From Squalus acanthias (Eukaryota): a DNA stretch of 64,000 nucleotides. Where the stretch lies: contig CM059432.1 of the NCBI GenBank assembly GCA_030390025.1, forward strand, positions 74,712,001-74,776,000. Direction: 5' to 3'. The notes beneath the pieces were generated by a model. The model did not search any database, had not been told where the DNA came from, and saw only the letters and a list, made by a program, of their open reading frames with translations. Positions 14,445 to 24,600 of this stretch are shown piece after piece (the stretch's first letter is position 1; every line of letters starts with the position of its first letter). Both the position numbers and the translations under genes were made by a program.

Positions 14445-15379
14445 ATGGGAGAGCAGGTGATGTGTTACTGCTGCAATATGTGGGAGCTGGTGGACACCAT
14501 TGATGTTGACGGTGAACGCATTTGCAGTAAGTGTTGGCTGCTCGAGGAACTCCGGCTCCGTGTTGATGAGCTGGACACATCAGGGATGGGGAGAGTTACC
14601 TGGACTCCGTGTTTCAGGAGGTAGTCACACCAATTAGAGTAACTAATTCAGAAGTAGCCCGTGGTCAGGGACAGGAAGGTGTGACTACGAGTGAGGCAGG
14701 TACAGGGATCCAGGAGGTAGTGTTGGAGGAGCCGCAGCCCTTGCTCTTGTCCAACAGGTTCGAGGCTCTTACTCCCTGTGTGGATAGGAGCGGGGACTGC
14801 AGGGAGGATGAGCAACCTGGCCACAGCACCGTGGTAAGGGGGGCCATTCAAGTGGGGGGAGTAAAAAGAAATGTTGTAGTGGTAGGGGATAGTATCATTA
14901 GGGGGATAGATAGGGTTCTTTGCAGCCAAGAGCGAGAGTCCCGAAGGCTGTGTTGCCTGCCCGGTGCCAGGGTTAAGGACATCTCCTCTGGGCTGGAGAG
15001 AAACTTGGAGTGGGAGGGGGAGGATCCAGTTGTCGTGGTCCATGTTGGTACCAATGACATAGATAGGACAAGGAAAGAGGTTCTGCTGAGGGAGTTTGAG
15101 CAGCTAGGGGCCAAATTAAAAAGCAGAACCTCGAGGGTAATAATCTCTGGATTACTACCTGAGCCACGAGCAAATTTGGCTAGGGTAAATAAAATCAGGG
15201 AGTTGAATGCGTGGCTCAAAGACTGGTGTGGGAAAAATGGGTTTTGCTTCTTGGGACACTGGCACCAGTACCGGGGCAGGAGAGAGCTGTTCCGTTGGGA
15301 CGGACTTCACTTGGCCAGTGCTGGGACTGGTGTCCTGGCGAATCGAATAACTAGGGCTGTAGAGAGGGCTTTAAACTAA
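14445..15379 (+). pseudogene. CR1 ORF1 (zinc finger + leucine zipper + SGNH/GDSL esterase domain), disrupted by a frameshift near 14574
   Basis: ATG 14445 (AGAATGG context) reads MGEQVMCYCCNMWELVDTIDVDGERICSKCWLLEELRLRVDEL, then stops at TAG 14622-14624 (59 aa). The -1 frame is open from 14570 (HIRDGESYLDSVFQEVVTP...) to TAA 15377-15379 and has GDSII, VHVGTND and DGLH (SGNH blocks I, III, V). Confidence 0.9.
15370..15376 (+). promoter_or_regulatory. Candidate -1 ribosomal frameshift slippery heptamer U_UUA_AAC at the ORF1/ORF2 junction
   Basis: T TTA AAC in ORF1 phase directly before the TAA stop; the -1 frame is the ORF2 frame and has no stop from 15355 to ATG 15418. Confidence 0.55.
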
Positions 15380-15417
15380 TTAGTGGGGGGGAGGTTTCAA
15401 GAGAGCAAAAAATAAAA

Positions 15418-18369
15418 ATGACAACAGAGAGGGTCATAGACATAGGTAGCAGTAGGGGAATCACAAATCAGAGCGTGGCAGGAAGGGACAGAGTGTGTGG
15501 AGTAAAAGGTAAAGTGGTAAAAAGTGAAAAAGCAGGAACTAAGTGCCACAAAACATATTTGAAAGTTCTCTATCTGAATGCACGTAGCATTCGTAACAAA
15601 ATAGACGAGTTAATGGCACAAATAACTACATATGGTTATGATATTGTGGCCATTACAGAAACATGGCTGCAGGGTGACAATGCCTGGGAATTAAACATAC
15701 CAGGTTATTTAACGATCAGGAAGGACAGGCAGGAAGGAAGGGGAGGTGGGGTGGCTATGTTAATAAAGGAAGGAATCACTGTAATACAGAGTAATGATAT
15801 TGGGTCAAAAAATCATGATAATGAAACAGTTTGGGTGGAGATAAGGAATAATAAGGGGAAAAAAACACTAGTGGGCGTAGTCTATAGGCCTCCGAACAGT
15901 TGCAACTCTGTTGGACGGAGTATCAATCAGGAAATAGTTGAGGCATGTAATAAGGGAACATCTATAATTATGGGGGATTTTAACTATCATATTAATTGGA
16001 CAAATCAAATGGGGCAGGGCTGCCTTGAGGATGAGTTCATTGAGTGTATTAGGGATGGGTTTCTTGAGCAGTATGTAACTGAACCGACCAGGGGGCAAGC
16101 AACCTTAGATCTGGTCCTGTGTAACGAGACAGGATTAATTAAAAATGTCCTAGTAAAGGATCCCCTTGGAATGAGTGACCATAACATGGTTGAATTCCAT
16201 ATTCAATTAGAGGGTGAGAAGGTTGGATCTCAAACAAGCGTGCTAAGCTTGAATAAAGGAGACTATGAAGGTATGCGAGCGGAATTGAGTAGAGTGGATT
16301 GGGAAAATAGATTAAAGGGTAAGACGACACATGATCAGTGGTGTACATTCAAGGAGTTATTTTACAACTTCCAAAAAATATATATTCCACTGAAAAGAAA
16401 AGGGTGTAAAAGAAAGGACAGTCATCCGTGGCTAAGTAAAGAAATTAAGGATAGTATTCGACTAAAAACAAGGGCATATAAGGTAGCGAAATCTAGTGGG
16501 AGGACAGAGGATTGGGAAAACTTTAAAAGGCAGCAAAAAATAACAAAAAGATTGATTAAGAAAGGGAAGATAGATTATGAAAGTAAATTAGCAAAAAATA
16601 TAAAAACAGATAGTAAGAGTTTTTATAGTTATATAAAAAGAAAAAGGGTGGCTAAAGTAAATGTTGGTCCCTTAGAGGATGAGACCGGGAAATTAATGGT
16701 GGGAAATATGGAGATGGCAAAAACACTGAATGAATATTTTGTATCAGTCTTTACAGTAGAGGACACTAAGAATATCCCAACACAGGACAAACAGGGGGCT
16801 ATAGGGGGAGAGGAGCTAAACACGATCAAAATCACTAAGGAAGTGGTACTCGGTAAAATAATGGGACTCAAGGCGGATAAATCACCTGGACCTGATGGCT
16901 TACATCCTAGAGTCTTGAAGGAAGTGGCGGTAGGGATTGTAGATGCATTGGTAATAATTTTTCAAAACTCCCTGGATTCCGCTAAGGTCCCGGCAGACTG
17001 GAAAACTGCTAATGTAACACCCTTATTTAAAAAGGGCAGTAGACAGAAGGCTGGTAACTATAGACCGGTTAGCCTAACATCTGTGGTAGGTAAAATTTTG
17101 GAGTCCATTATTAAGGAAACAGTAACAGGACATTTGGATAATCATAATTTAATAGGACAAAGTCAGCATGGTTTTACGAAGGGGAAGTCATGTTTGACAA
17201 ATTTGCTGGAGTTCTTTGAGGAAGTAACATATAGAGTGGATAAAGGGAAACCAGTGGACGTAGTGTATTTAGACTTCCAAAAGGCATTTGACAAGGTGCC
17301 ACACAAAAGATTATTGCTTAAGGTAAAAAATCATGGGATTGGGGGTAATATTCTGGCATGGATAGAGGATTGGCTATCTAACAGAAAGCAAAGAGTTGGG
17401 ATAAATGGTTCATTCTCAGACTGGCAATCAGTAACTAGTGGTGTTCCACAGGGGTCAGTGCTGGGTCCCCAACTCTTTACAATCTATATTAACGATTTGG
17501 AGGAAGGGACCAAGTGTAACATATCAAAATTTGCAGATGATACGAAGATGGGAGGGAAAGTAGTGAGTGAGGAGGACATAAAAAACCTGCAAGGGGACAT
17601 AGACAGGCTAAGTAAGTGGGCAGAGATTTGGCAGATGGAATACAACACTGGAAAGTGTGAGGTGATGCACTTTGGCAGGAAAAATCCTAGAGCAATTTAT
17701 TATCTTAATGGCAAGAAACTGGAGAGTACTGAAGTGCAAAGGGATCTGGGGGTCCTGGTGCACGAAACTCAAAAGGTTAGTATGCAGGTGCAGCAAGTGA
17801 TTAAGAAGGCAAATGGAATGTTGGCTTTCATTGCTAGGGGGATAGAATATAAAAATAGGGAGGTATTGCTTCAGTTGTACAAGGTATTGGTGAGACCGCA
17901 CCTGGAATACTGCATACAGTTTTGGTGTCCTTACTTAAGGAAAGACATCCTTGCTCTCGAGGCAGTGCAAAAAAGGTTCACTCGGTTAATCCCGGGGATG
18001 AGGGGGTGGTCATATGAGGAGAGGTTGGGTAGATTGGGACTCTACTCATTGGAGTTCAGAAGAATGAGAGGCGATCTTATTGAAACATATAAGATTGTGA
18101 AGGGGTTGGATCGGGTGGATGCGGGGAGGATGTTCCCGATGACGGGTGAGACTAGAACTAGGGGACATAGTCTTAGAATAAGGGGCTGCTCTTTCAAAAC
18201 TGAGATGAGGAGGAACTACTTCACTCAGAGGGTGGTAGGTCCATGGAATATGCTGCCACAAAAAGCTGTAGAAGCTACATCATTAAATAAATTTAAAACA
18301 GAAATAGACAGTTTCCTAGAAGTAAAGGGCATTAAGGGTTACGGGGAGCGGGCAGGAATTTGGACATGA
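15418..18369 (+). CDS. CR1 ORF2: apurinic-like endonuclease + reverse transcriptase, 983 aa, intact
   Basis: APE motifs LYLNARS, ITETW, VYRPP, MGDFN, LDLVL, SDH; RT motifs PGPDG, NYRPVSLTS, QHGF, LDFQKAFDKV, GVPQGSVLGP, FADD; CR1-type C-terminus RPHLEYCIQFW...RTRGH. No internal stops. Confidence 0.98.
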   Translation: MTTERVIDIGSSRGITNQSVAGRDRVCGVKGKVVKSEKAGTKCHKTYLKVLYLNARSIRNKIDELMAQITTYGYDIVAITETWLQGDNAWELNIPGYLTIRKDRQEGRGGGVAMLIKEGITVIQSNDIGSKNHDNETVWVEIRNNKGKKTLVGVVYRPPNSCNSVGRSINQEIVEACNKGTSIIMGDFNYHINWTNQMGQGCLEDEFIECIRDGFLEQYVTEPTRGQATLDLVLCNETGLIKNVLVKDPLGMSDHNMVEFHIQLEGEKVGSQTSVLSLNKGDYEGMRAELSRVDWENRLKGKTTHDQWCTFKELFYNFQKIYIPLKRKGCKRKDSHPWLSKEIKDSIRLKTRAYKVAKSSGRTEDWENFKRQQKITKRLIKKGKIDYESKLAKNIKTDSKSFYSYIKRKRVAKVNVGPLEDETGKLMVGNMEMAKTLNEYFVSVFTVEDTKNIPTQDKQGAIGGEELNTIKITKEVVLGKIMGLKADKSPGPDGLHPRVLKEVAVGIVDALVIIFQNSLDSAKVPADWKTANVTPLFKKGSRQKAGNYRPVSLTSVVGKILESIIKETVTGHLDNHNLIGQSQHGFTKGKSCLTNLLEFFEEVTYRVDKGKPVDVVYLDFQKAFDKVPHKRLLLKVKNHGIGGNILAWIEDWLSNRKQRVGINGSFSDWQSVTSGVPQGSVLGPQLFTIYINDLEEGTKCNISKFADDTKMGGKVVSEEDIKNLQGDIDRLSKWAEIWQMEYNTGKCEVMHFGRKNPRAIYYLNGKKLESTEVQRDLGVLVHETQKVSMQVQQVIKKANGMLAFIARGIEYKNREVLLQLYKVLVRPHLEYCIQFWCPYLRKDILALEAVQKRFTRLIPGMRGWSYEERLGRLGLYSLEFRRMRGDLIETYKIVKGLDRVDAGRMFPMTGETRTRGHSLRIRGCSFKTEMRRNYFTQRVVGPWNMLPQKAVEATSLNKFKTEIDSFLEVKGIKGYGERAGIWT

Positions 18370-18511
18370 GTCTAGGTTCGGATCGGTCATGGCCCTGTGG
18401 GTAGTGGAGCGGGCCCAGGGACCGTGTAGCCTGATTCTGCTCCTATTTCGTGTGTGCAATTCTGTTAGATGCAGGAGATGGTTCTGTGATAGTAGATAGT
18501 AGATTGGCGGT

Positions 18512-18611
18512 TAGGATCAGATCAGCCATGATCTTATTGAATGGCGGAGCAGGCTCGAGGGGCCGATTGGCCTACTCCTGCTCCTATTTCTTATGTTCTT
18601 ATGTTCTTATG
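18512..18611 (+). other. CR1 3'-terminal recognition domain: stem-loops plus (TTCTTATG)3 tail
   Basis: GCCAT 18525-18529 pairs with ATGGC 18541-18545; GGAGCAGG 18546-18553 pairs with CCTGCTCC 18577-18584; three exact 8-mers at 18588-18611. Confidence 0.9.
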
Positions 18612-21600
18612 ACAAGGGATCAATACAAGGGATCAATACAAGTGATCAATACAAGGGATCAATAGAAGGGAACAATACAAGGGATCAATAAAAGGAATCA
18701 ATACAAGGGATCAATAAAAGGAATCAATACAAGGGATCAATAAAGGGGATTAGTGCAAGGGGATCAATACAAGTGATCAGTACAAGGGGATCAATACAAG
18801 GAATCAATACAACAGATCAATAGAAGGGATCAACAGAAGGGATCAATAGAATGGATCAATACAAGGGAGCAATACTAGGGATCAATAGAAGGGATCAATA
18901 CAGGGGATCTACACAAGGGATCAATAGAAGTGCTCAATACAAGGGAGCAATAGAAGGGATCAATACAAGGGATCAATAGAAGGGATCAATACAAAGGATT
19001 AATATAAGGGATTAATACAAGGGATCAGTACAAGGGATCAATACAGTTAATCAGTACAAGGGATTAATACAAGGGATCAATACAAGGGACCAAATGAAGG
19101 GATCAATAGAAGGGATCATTACAAGGGATCAATAGAAGGGATCAATACAAGGTATTAATAAAAGGGACTAATATAAGGGATCAGTACAAATCGATCAATG
19201 AAAGGAAACAATACAACAGATAAATATAAGGGATCAATACAAGTGATCAATAGAAGGGATCAATACAAGGGATCAATAAAAGGAATCAATACAAGGGAAC
19301 AGTACAAGGGATCAATACAAAGGACTAATAGAATGGATCAATACAAGGATCAATAAAATGGATCAGTACAAGGGGATCAATACAATTGATCAGTACAAGG
19401 GATCAATACAAGGGACCAGTACAAGGGATCAATACAAGGGATCAGTACAAGGGGATCAATACAAGGAATCAACACAACAGATCAACAGAAGGGATCAATA
19501 CAGGGATCAATACAAGGGATCAATAAAAGGGGTCAATAAAAGGGATCAGTACAAGGGGATCAATACAAACAAATCAATACAACAGATCAATAGAAGGGAT
19601 CAACAGAAGTGAGCAATAGAAGGGATCAATAGAAGGGATCAATACAAGGGATCAATAAAAGGGATCAGTACAAGTGATCAGGACAAGGGATAAATACAAG
19701 GGATCAATACAATGGATTAGTACAAGGGATCAGTACAAGGGATCAATAAAAGGGATCAATTCAAGGGATCAATACAAGGGAACAATAAAAGGGATCAATA
19801 GAAGGGATCAATACAAGGAATCAATAAAAGGAATCAATACAAGGGATCAGTACAAGGGATCAGTACAAAGGACTAATAGAATGGATCAATACAAGGAATC
19901 AATGCAAGGGACCAGTACAAGGGATCAATATAAGGGATCAGTACAAGGGGATCAATACAAGGGATCTATACAAGGGATCAATAGAAGGGATCAACAGAAG
20001 GGATCAAAAGAAGGGATCAATACAAGGGATCAATACAAGGGATCAATACAAGGGATCAATACAAAGGATCAATACAAGAATCAATACCAGGGATCAATAC
20101 AAGGGATCTGTAAAAGGGGATCAATACAGGGAATCAATACAACAGATCAATAGAAGGGATCAATACAAGGGATCAATACAAGGAATCAATAGAAGAGATC
20201 AATACAAGGAATCAATACAAGGCACAAATAGAAGGGATCAATAGCAGGGATAAATACAAGGGATCAATACAAAGGATCAATAGAACAGATCAATACAAGG
20301 GATTAATAGAAGGGATCAATACAAGGGATCAGTACAAGGGGATCAATACAAGGAATCAATACAAGGGATCAATAGAAGGCATCAATAGACGGGCTCAATA
20401 CAAGGGATCAATACAAGGGATCAATACAAGTGATCAACAGAAGGGATCAATACAAGTGATCAATACAAGGGATTAATAGAAGGGACTAATATAAGGGATT
20501 AATAGAAGGGATCAATACAAGGGATCAATACAAGGGATCAATACAAGGGATCTATACAAGGGATCAACACAAGAGATCAATAAAAGGAATCAATAAAATG
20601 GATCAATACATGGAATCAATACAAGTGATCAATAGAAGTGATCAGTTCAAGGGTTCAGTGCAAGGGATCAATACAAGGGATTAATAGAAAGGATCAATAC
20701 AAGGGATCAATACAAGGGAGCAATCCAAGGAATCAGTACAAGGGAACAATACAAGGGAGCAATAGAAGGGATCAATAAAAGGGATCAATAGAAGGGATCA
20801 ATACAAGGGATCAATACAAGGGACTAATAGAAGGGATCAATACAAGTGATCAATTGAAGGGAGCAACAGAATGGATCAGTACAAGGGTTCAATACAAGCG
20901 ATCAATAGAAGGGATCAATACAAGGGATCATTACTTGCTATCAATACAAGGGATCAGTACAAGCGATCAATACAAGGGATCAATACCAGGGTTCAATAGA
21001 AGGAATCAATACAAAGGCTCAAAACATGAGATCAATACAAGGGTTCAGTACAAGGGATAAATAAAATTGACCAATACAAGAGACAAAAAGAAGGGATCAA
21101 TAAATGGCATCAATAAAATGAATTAATACAAGGGATCAATACAATGGAGAAATAGAAGTGATTAATAGAAGGGATCAATAGAAGGGACCAATAGAAGGGA
21201 TCAATACAAGGGATCAATAAAAGGGATCAATACAAGGGATCAATACAAGAATCAATACAAGGGATCAATACAAGGGATCAACAGAAGGGATCAATACAAG
21301 TGATCAATACCACTGATTAATAGAAGGGATCAATAGAATGGATTAATACAAGACAGAAATAGAAGGGATCAATACAAGGGATTAATACAAGGGATCCATA
21401 CAAGAATCAATAGAAGGGATCAATACAGGTGTTCAATACAAGGGTTCCATAGAAGGGATCAAATCCAGAGATCAGGACAGGGGATCAGGACAAGCGTTCA
21501 GGGCAAGGGATCAATACAAGGAATCAATACAAGGGATCAATAGAAGGGATCAATAAAAGGGATCAATGCAATGAATCAATACAAGGAATCAATACAAGCG

Positions 21601-24600
21601 ATCAATAGAAGTGATCAATACAAGGAATCAATAGAAGGGATCAATAGAAGGGATCAATATCAGGGATCAATACAATGAATCAATACAAGGAATCAATACA
21701 AGGGATCAATAGAAGTGATCAATACAAAGAATCAATAGAAGGGATCAATAGAAAGGATCAATATAAGGGATCAAATGAAGGGATCAATAGAAGGGATCAA
21801 GACAAGGGATCAATAGAATGTATAATTACAAGGGATTAATAGAAGGGATCAATACCAGGGATCAGTACAAGGAGATCAATACAAGGAATCAGTACAACGG
21901 ATCAATTGAAGGGATCAATAGAAGGGATCAATAGAAGTGATCAATACAAGGTATCAATACAAGGGATCAATAGCAGGGATCAATAGCAGGGATCAATACA
22001 AGGCATCAATACAAGGGATGAATACAAGGAATCAATAGAAGGGATGAATACAAGGAATCAATACAAAGGATCAATAGAACGGATCAATACAAGGGATTAA
22101 TAGAAGGGATCAATACAACGGATCAGTACAAGGGGATCAATACAAGGAATCAATACAACGGATCAATAGAAGGGATCAATAGAAGGGATCAATAGAAGGG
22201 CTCAATACAAGGGATCAATACAAGGGATCAACAGAAGAGATCAATACAAGGGATTAATAGAAGGGACTAATATAAGGGATTAATAGAAGGGATCTATACA
22301 AGGGATCAAAACAAGGGATCTATACAAGGGATCAATACAAGGGATCAATAAAAGGAATCAATAAAATGGATCAATACATGGAATCAATACATGGGATCAA
22401 TAGAAGTGATCAATACAAGGGAGCAATACAATGGACCAATAGAAGGGACTAATGGAAGGGATCAATACAAGTGTTCAATACAAGTGATCATGAGAAGGAA
22501 TCAATACAAGTGATCAGGACAGGGGATCAGGACAAGGGATCAATACAAAGGATCAATACAAGGGATCAGTACAAGGGATCAGTGCAAGAGATCAATGCAA
22601 GGGATCAATAGAAGTGATCAATAGAAGGGATTAATACAAAGGATCAATACAAGAGATCAATACAAAGGATCAATACAAGGGATAATTAAATGGCATCAAT
22701 ACAATGAATTATTACATGTGGTCAATACAAGGGATCAAAAGAAGGGATCCACAGAAGGGATCAATATTAGGGATCACTACAAGGGATCTGTACAAGGGTA
22801 CAGAACAAGGGATCAGTACATGGCATCCATACAAGGGATCAATAGAGGGGATCAATACAAGTGATCAATACAAGGGATTAATAGAAGGGACTAATATAAG
22901 GGATTAATAGAAGGGTTCTATACAAGGGATCAAAACAAGGGATCTATACAAGGGATCAATACAAGGGATCAATAAAAGGAATCAATAAAATGGATCAATA
23001 CATGGAATCAATACAAGGGATCAATAGAAGTGATCAATACAAGGGATCAATACAAGGGACCAATAGAAGGGACTAATAGAAGGGATCAATACAAGTGTTC
23101 AATACAAGTGATCAATACAGGGGATCAGGACAAGGGATCAGGACAAGAGATCAGGACAAGGGATCAATACAAGGGATAAATACAAGGGATCAATACAAAG
23201 GATCAATACAAGGGATCAGTACAAGGGATCAGTGCAAGAGATCAATGCAAGGGATCAATAGAAGTGATCAATAGAAGGGATTAATACAAAGGATCAATAC
23301 AAGGGATAATTAAATGGCATCAATACAATGAATTATTACATGCGGTCAATACAAGGGATCAAAAGAAGGGATCCACAGAAGGGATCAATATTAGGGATCA
23401 CTACAAGGGATCTGCACAAGGGTACAGAACAAGGGATCAGTACATGGCATCCATACAAGGGATCAATAGAGGGGATCAATACAAGTGATCAGGACAGGGG
23501 ACCAGAACAAGGGATCAATACAAGGGATCAACACCATGGATCAGTACAAGGGACCAGGACAAGGGATCAATACATGGGACCAGGACAAGAGATCAGGACA
23601 AGGGATCAATACAAGGGATCAGTAAAAGGGCTCAATACAAGGGATCAATACAAGGGATCAACAGAAGGGATCAATACAAGTGATCAATACAAGGGATTAA
23701 TAGAAGGGACTAATATAAGGGATTAATAGAAGGGATCTATACAAGGGATCAAAACAAGGGATCTATACAAGGGATCAATACAAGGGATCAATAAAAGGAA
23801 TCAATAAAATGTATCAATACATGGAATCAATACATGGGATCAATAGAAGTGATCAATACAAGGGATCAATACAAGGGACCAATAGAAGGGACTAATAGAA
23901 GGGAGCAATACAAGTGTTCAATACAAGTGATCATGAGAAGGGATCAATACAAGTGATCAGGACAGGGGATCAGGACAAGGGATCAGGACAAGGGATCAAT
24001 ACAAGGGATGAATACATGGGATCAATACAAAGGATCAATACAAGGGATCAGTACAAGGGATCAGTCCAAGAGATCAATGCAAGGGATCAATAGAAGTGAT
24101 CAATAGAAGGGATTAATACAAAGGATCAATACAAGAGATCAATACAAAGGATCAATACAAGGGATAATTAAATGGCATCAATACAATGAATTATTACATG
24201 CGATCAATAGAAGGGATCAAAAGAAGGGATCCACAGAAGGGATCAATATTAGGGATCACTACAAGAGATCTGTACAAGGGTACAGAACAAGGGATCAGTA
24301 CATGGCATCCATACAAGGGATCAATAGAGGGGATCAATACAAGTGATCAGGACAGGGGACCAGAACAAGGGATCAATACAAGGGATCAGAAGAAGGGATC
24401 AATACAAGGGATCAATACCATGGATCAGTACAAGGGACCAGGACAAGGGATCAATACAAGGGATCAGTAAAAGGGATCAATACAAGTGATCAATACAAGG
24501 GATCAACAGAGGGGATCAATACAAGGGACCAGTAAAAGGGTCAGTACAAGAGATCAATGCAAGGGATCAATACAAGGGATCAATAGATGGGATCAATACT

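Larger units (their letters stand above)
14077..18611 (+). mobile_element. Near full-length CR1-clade non-LTR retrotransposon (LINE), ~4.5 kb
   Basis: GC-rich 5' UTR, ORF1 with CxxC..CxxC and SGNH esterase motifs, ORF2 with APE endonuclease and RT, short 3' UTR with stem-loop and 8-bp terminal repeats, no poly(A) and no LTRs; abrupt junctions with satellite on both sides. Confidence 0.97.

Noticed and set aside
14609..14611. GTG start for a 256-aa ORF1 as given in the ORF track
   Set aside because: The zinc-finger N-terminus starts at ATG 14445 in another frame; the GTG is internal to a frameshifted ORF1.
14570..14624. Programmed frameshift within ORF1
   Set aside because: No XXXYYYZ heptamer in the overlap and the leucine zipper looks truncated, so a deletion is more parsimonious.
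14648..18261. Minus-strand ORFs overlapping the LINE (e.g. 14648-15043, 14848-15219, 17608-17901)
   Set aside because: Short antisense shadows of ORF1/ORF2 with no recognisable motifs.
14060..18630. Long target-site duplication around the full-length LINE
   Set aside because: Matches such as ACAAGGGATCAATACAAGGGATCA on both sides are expected from the satellite itself and cannot be called a TSD.
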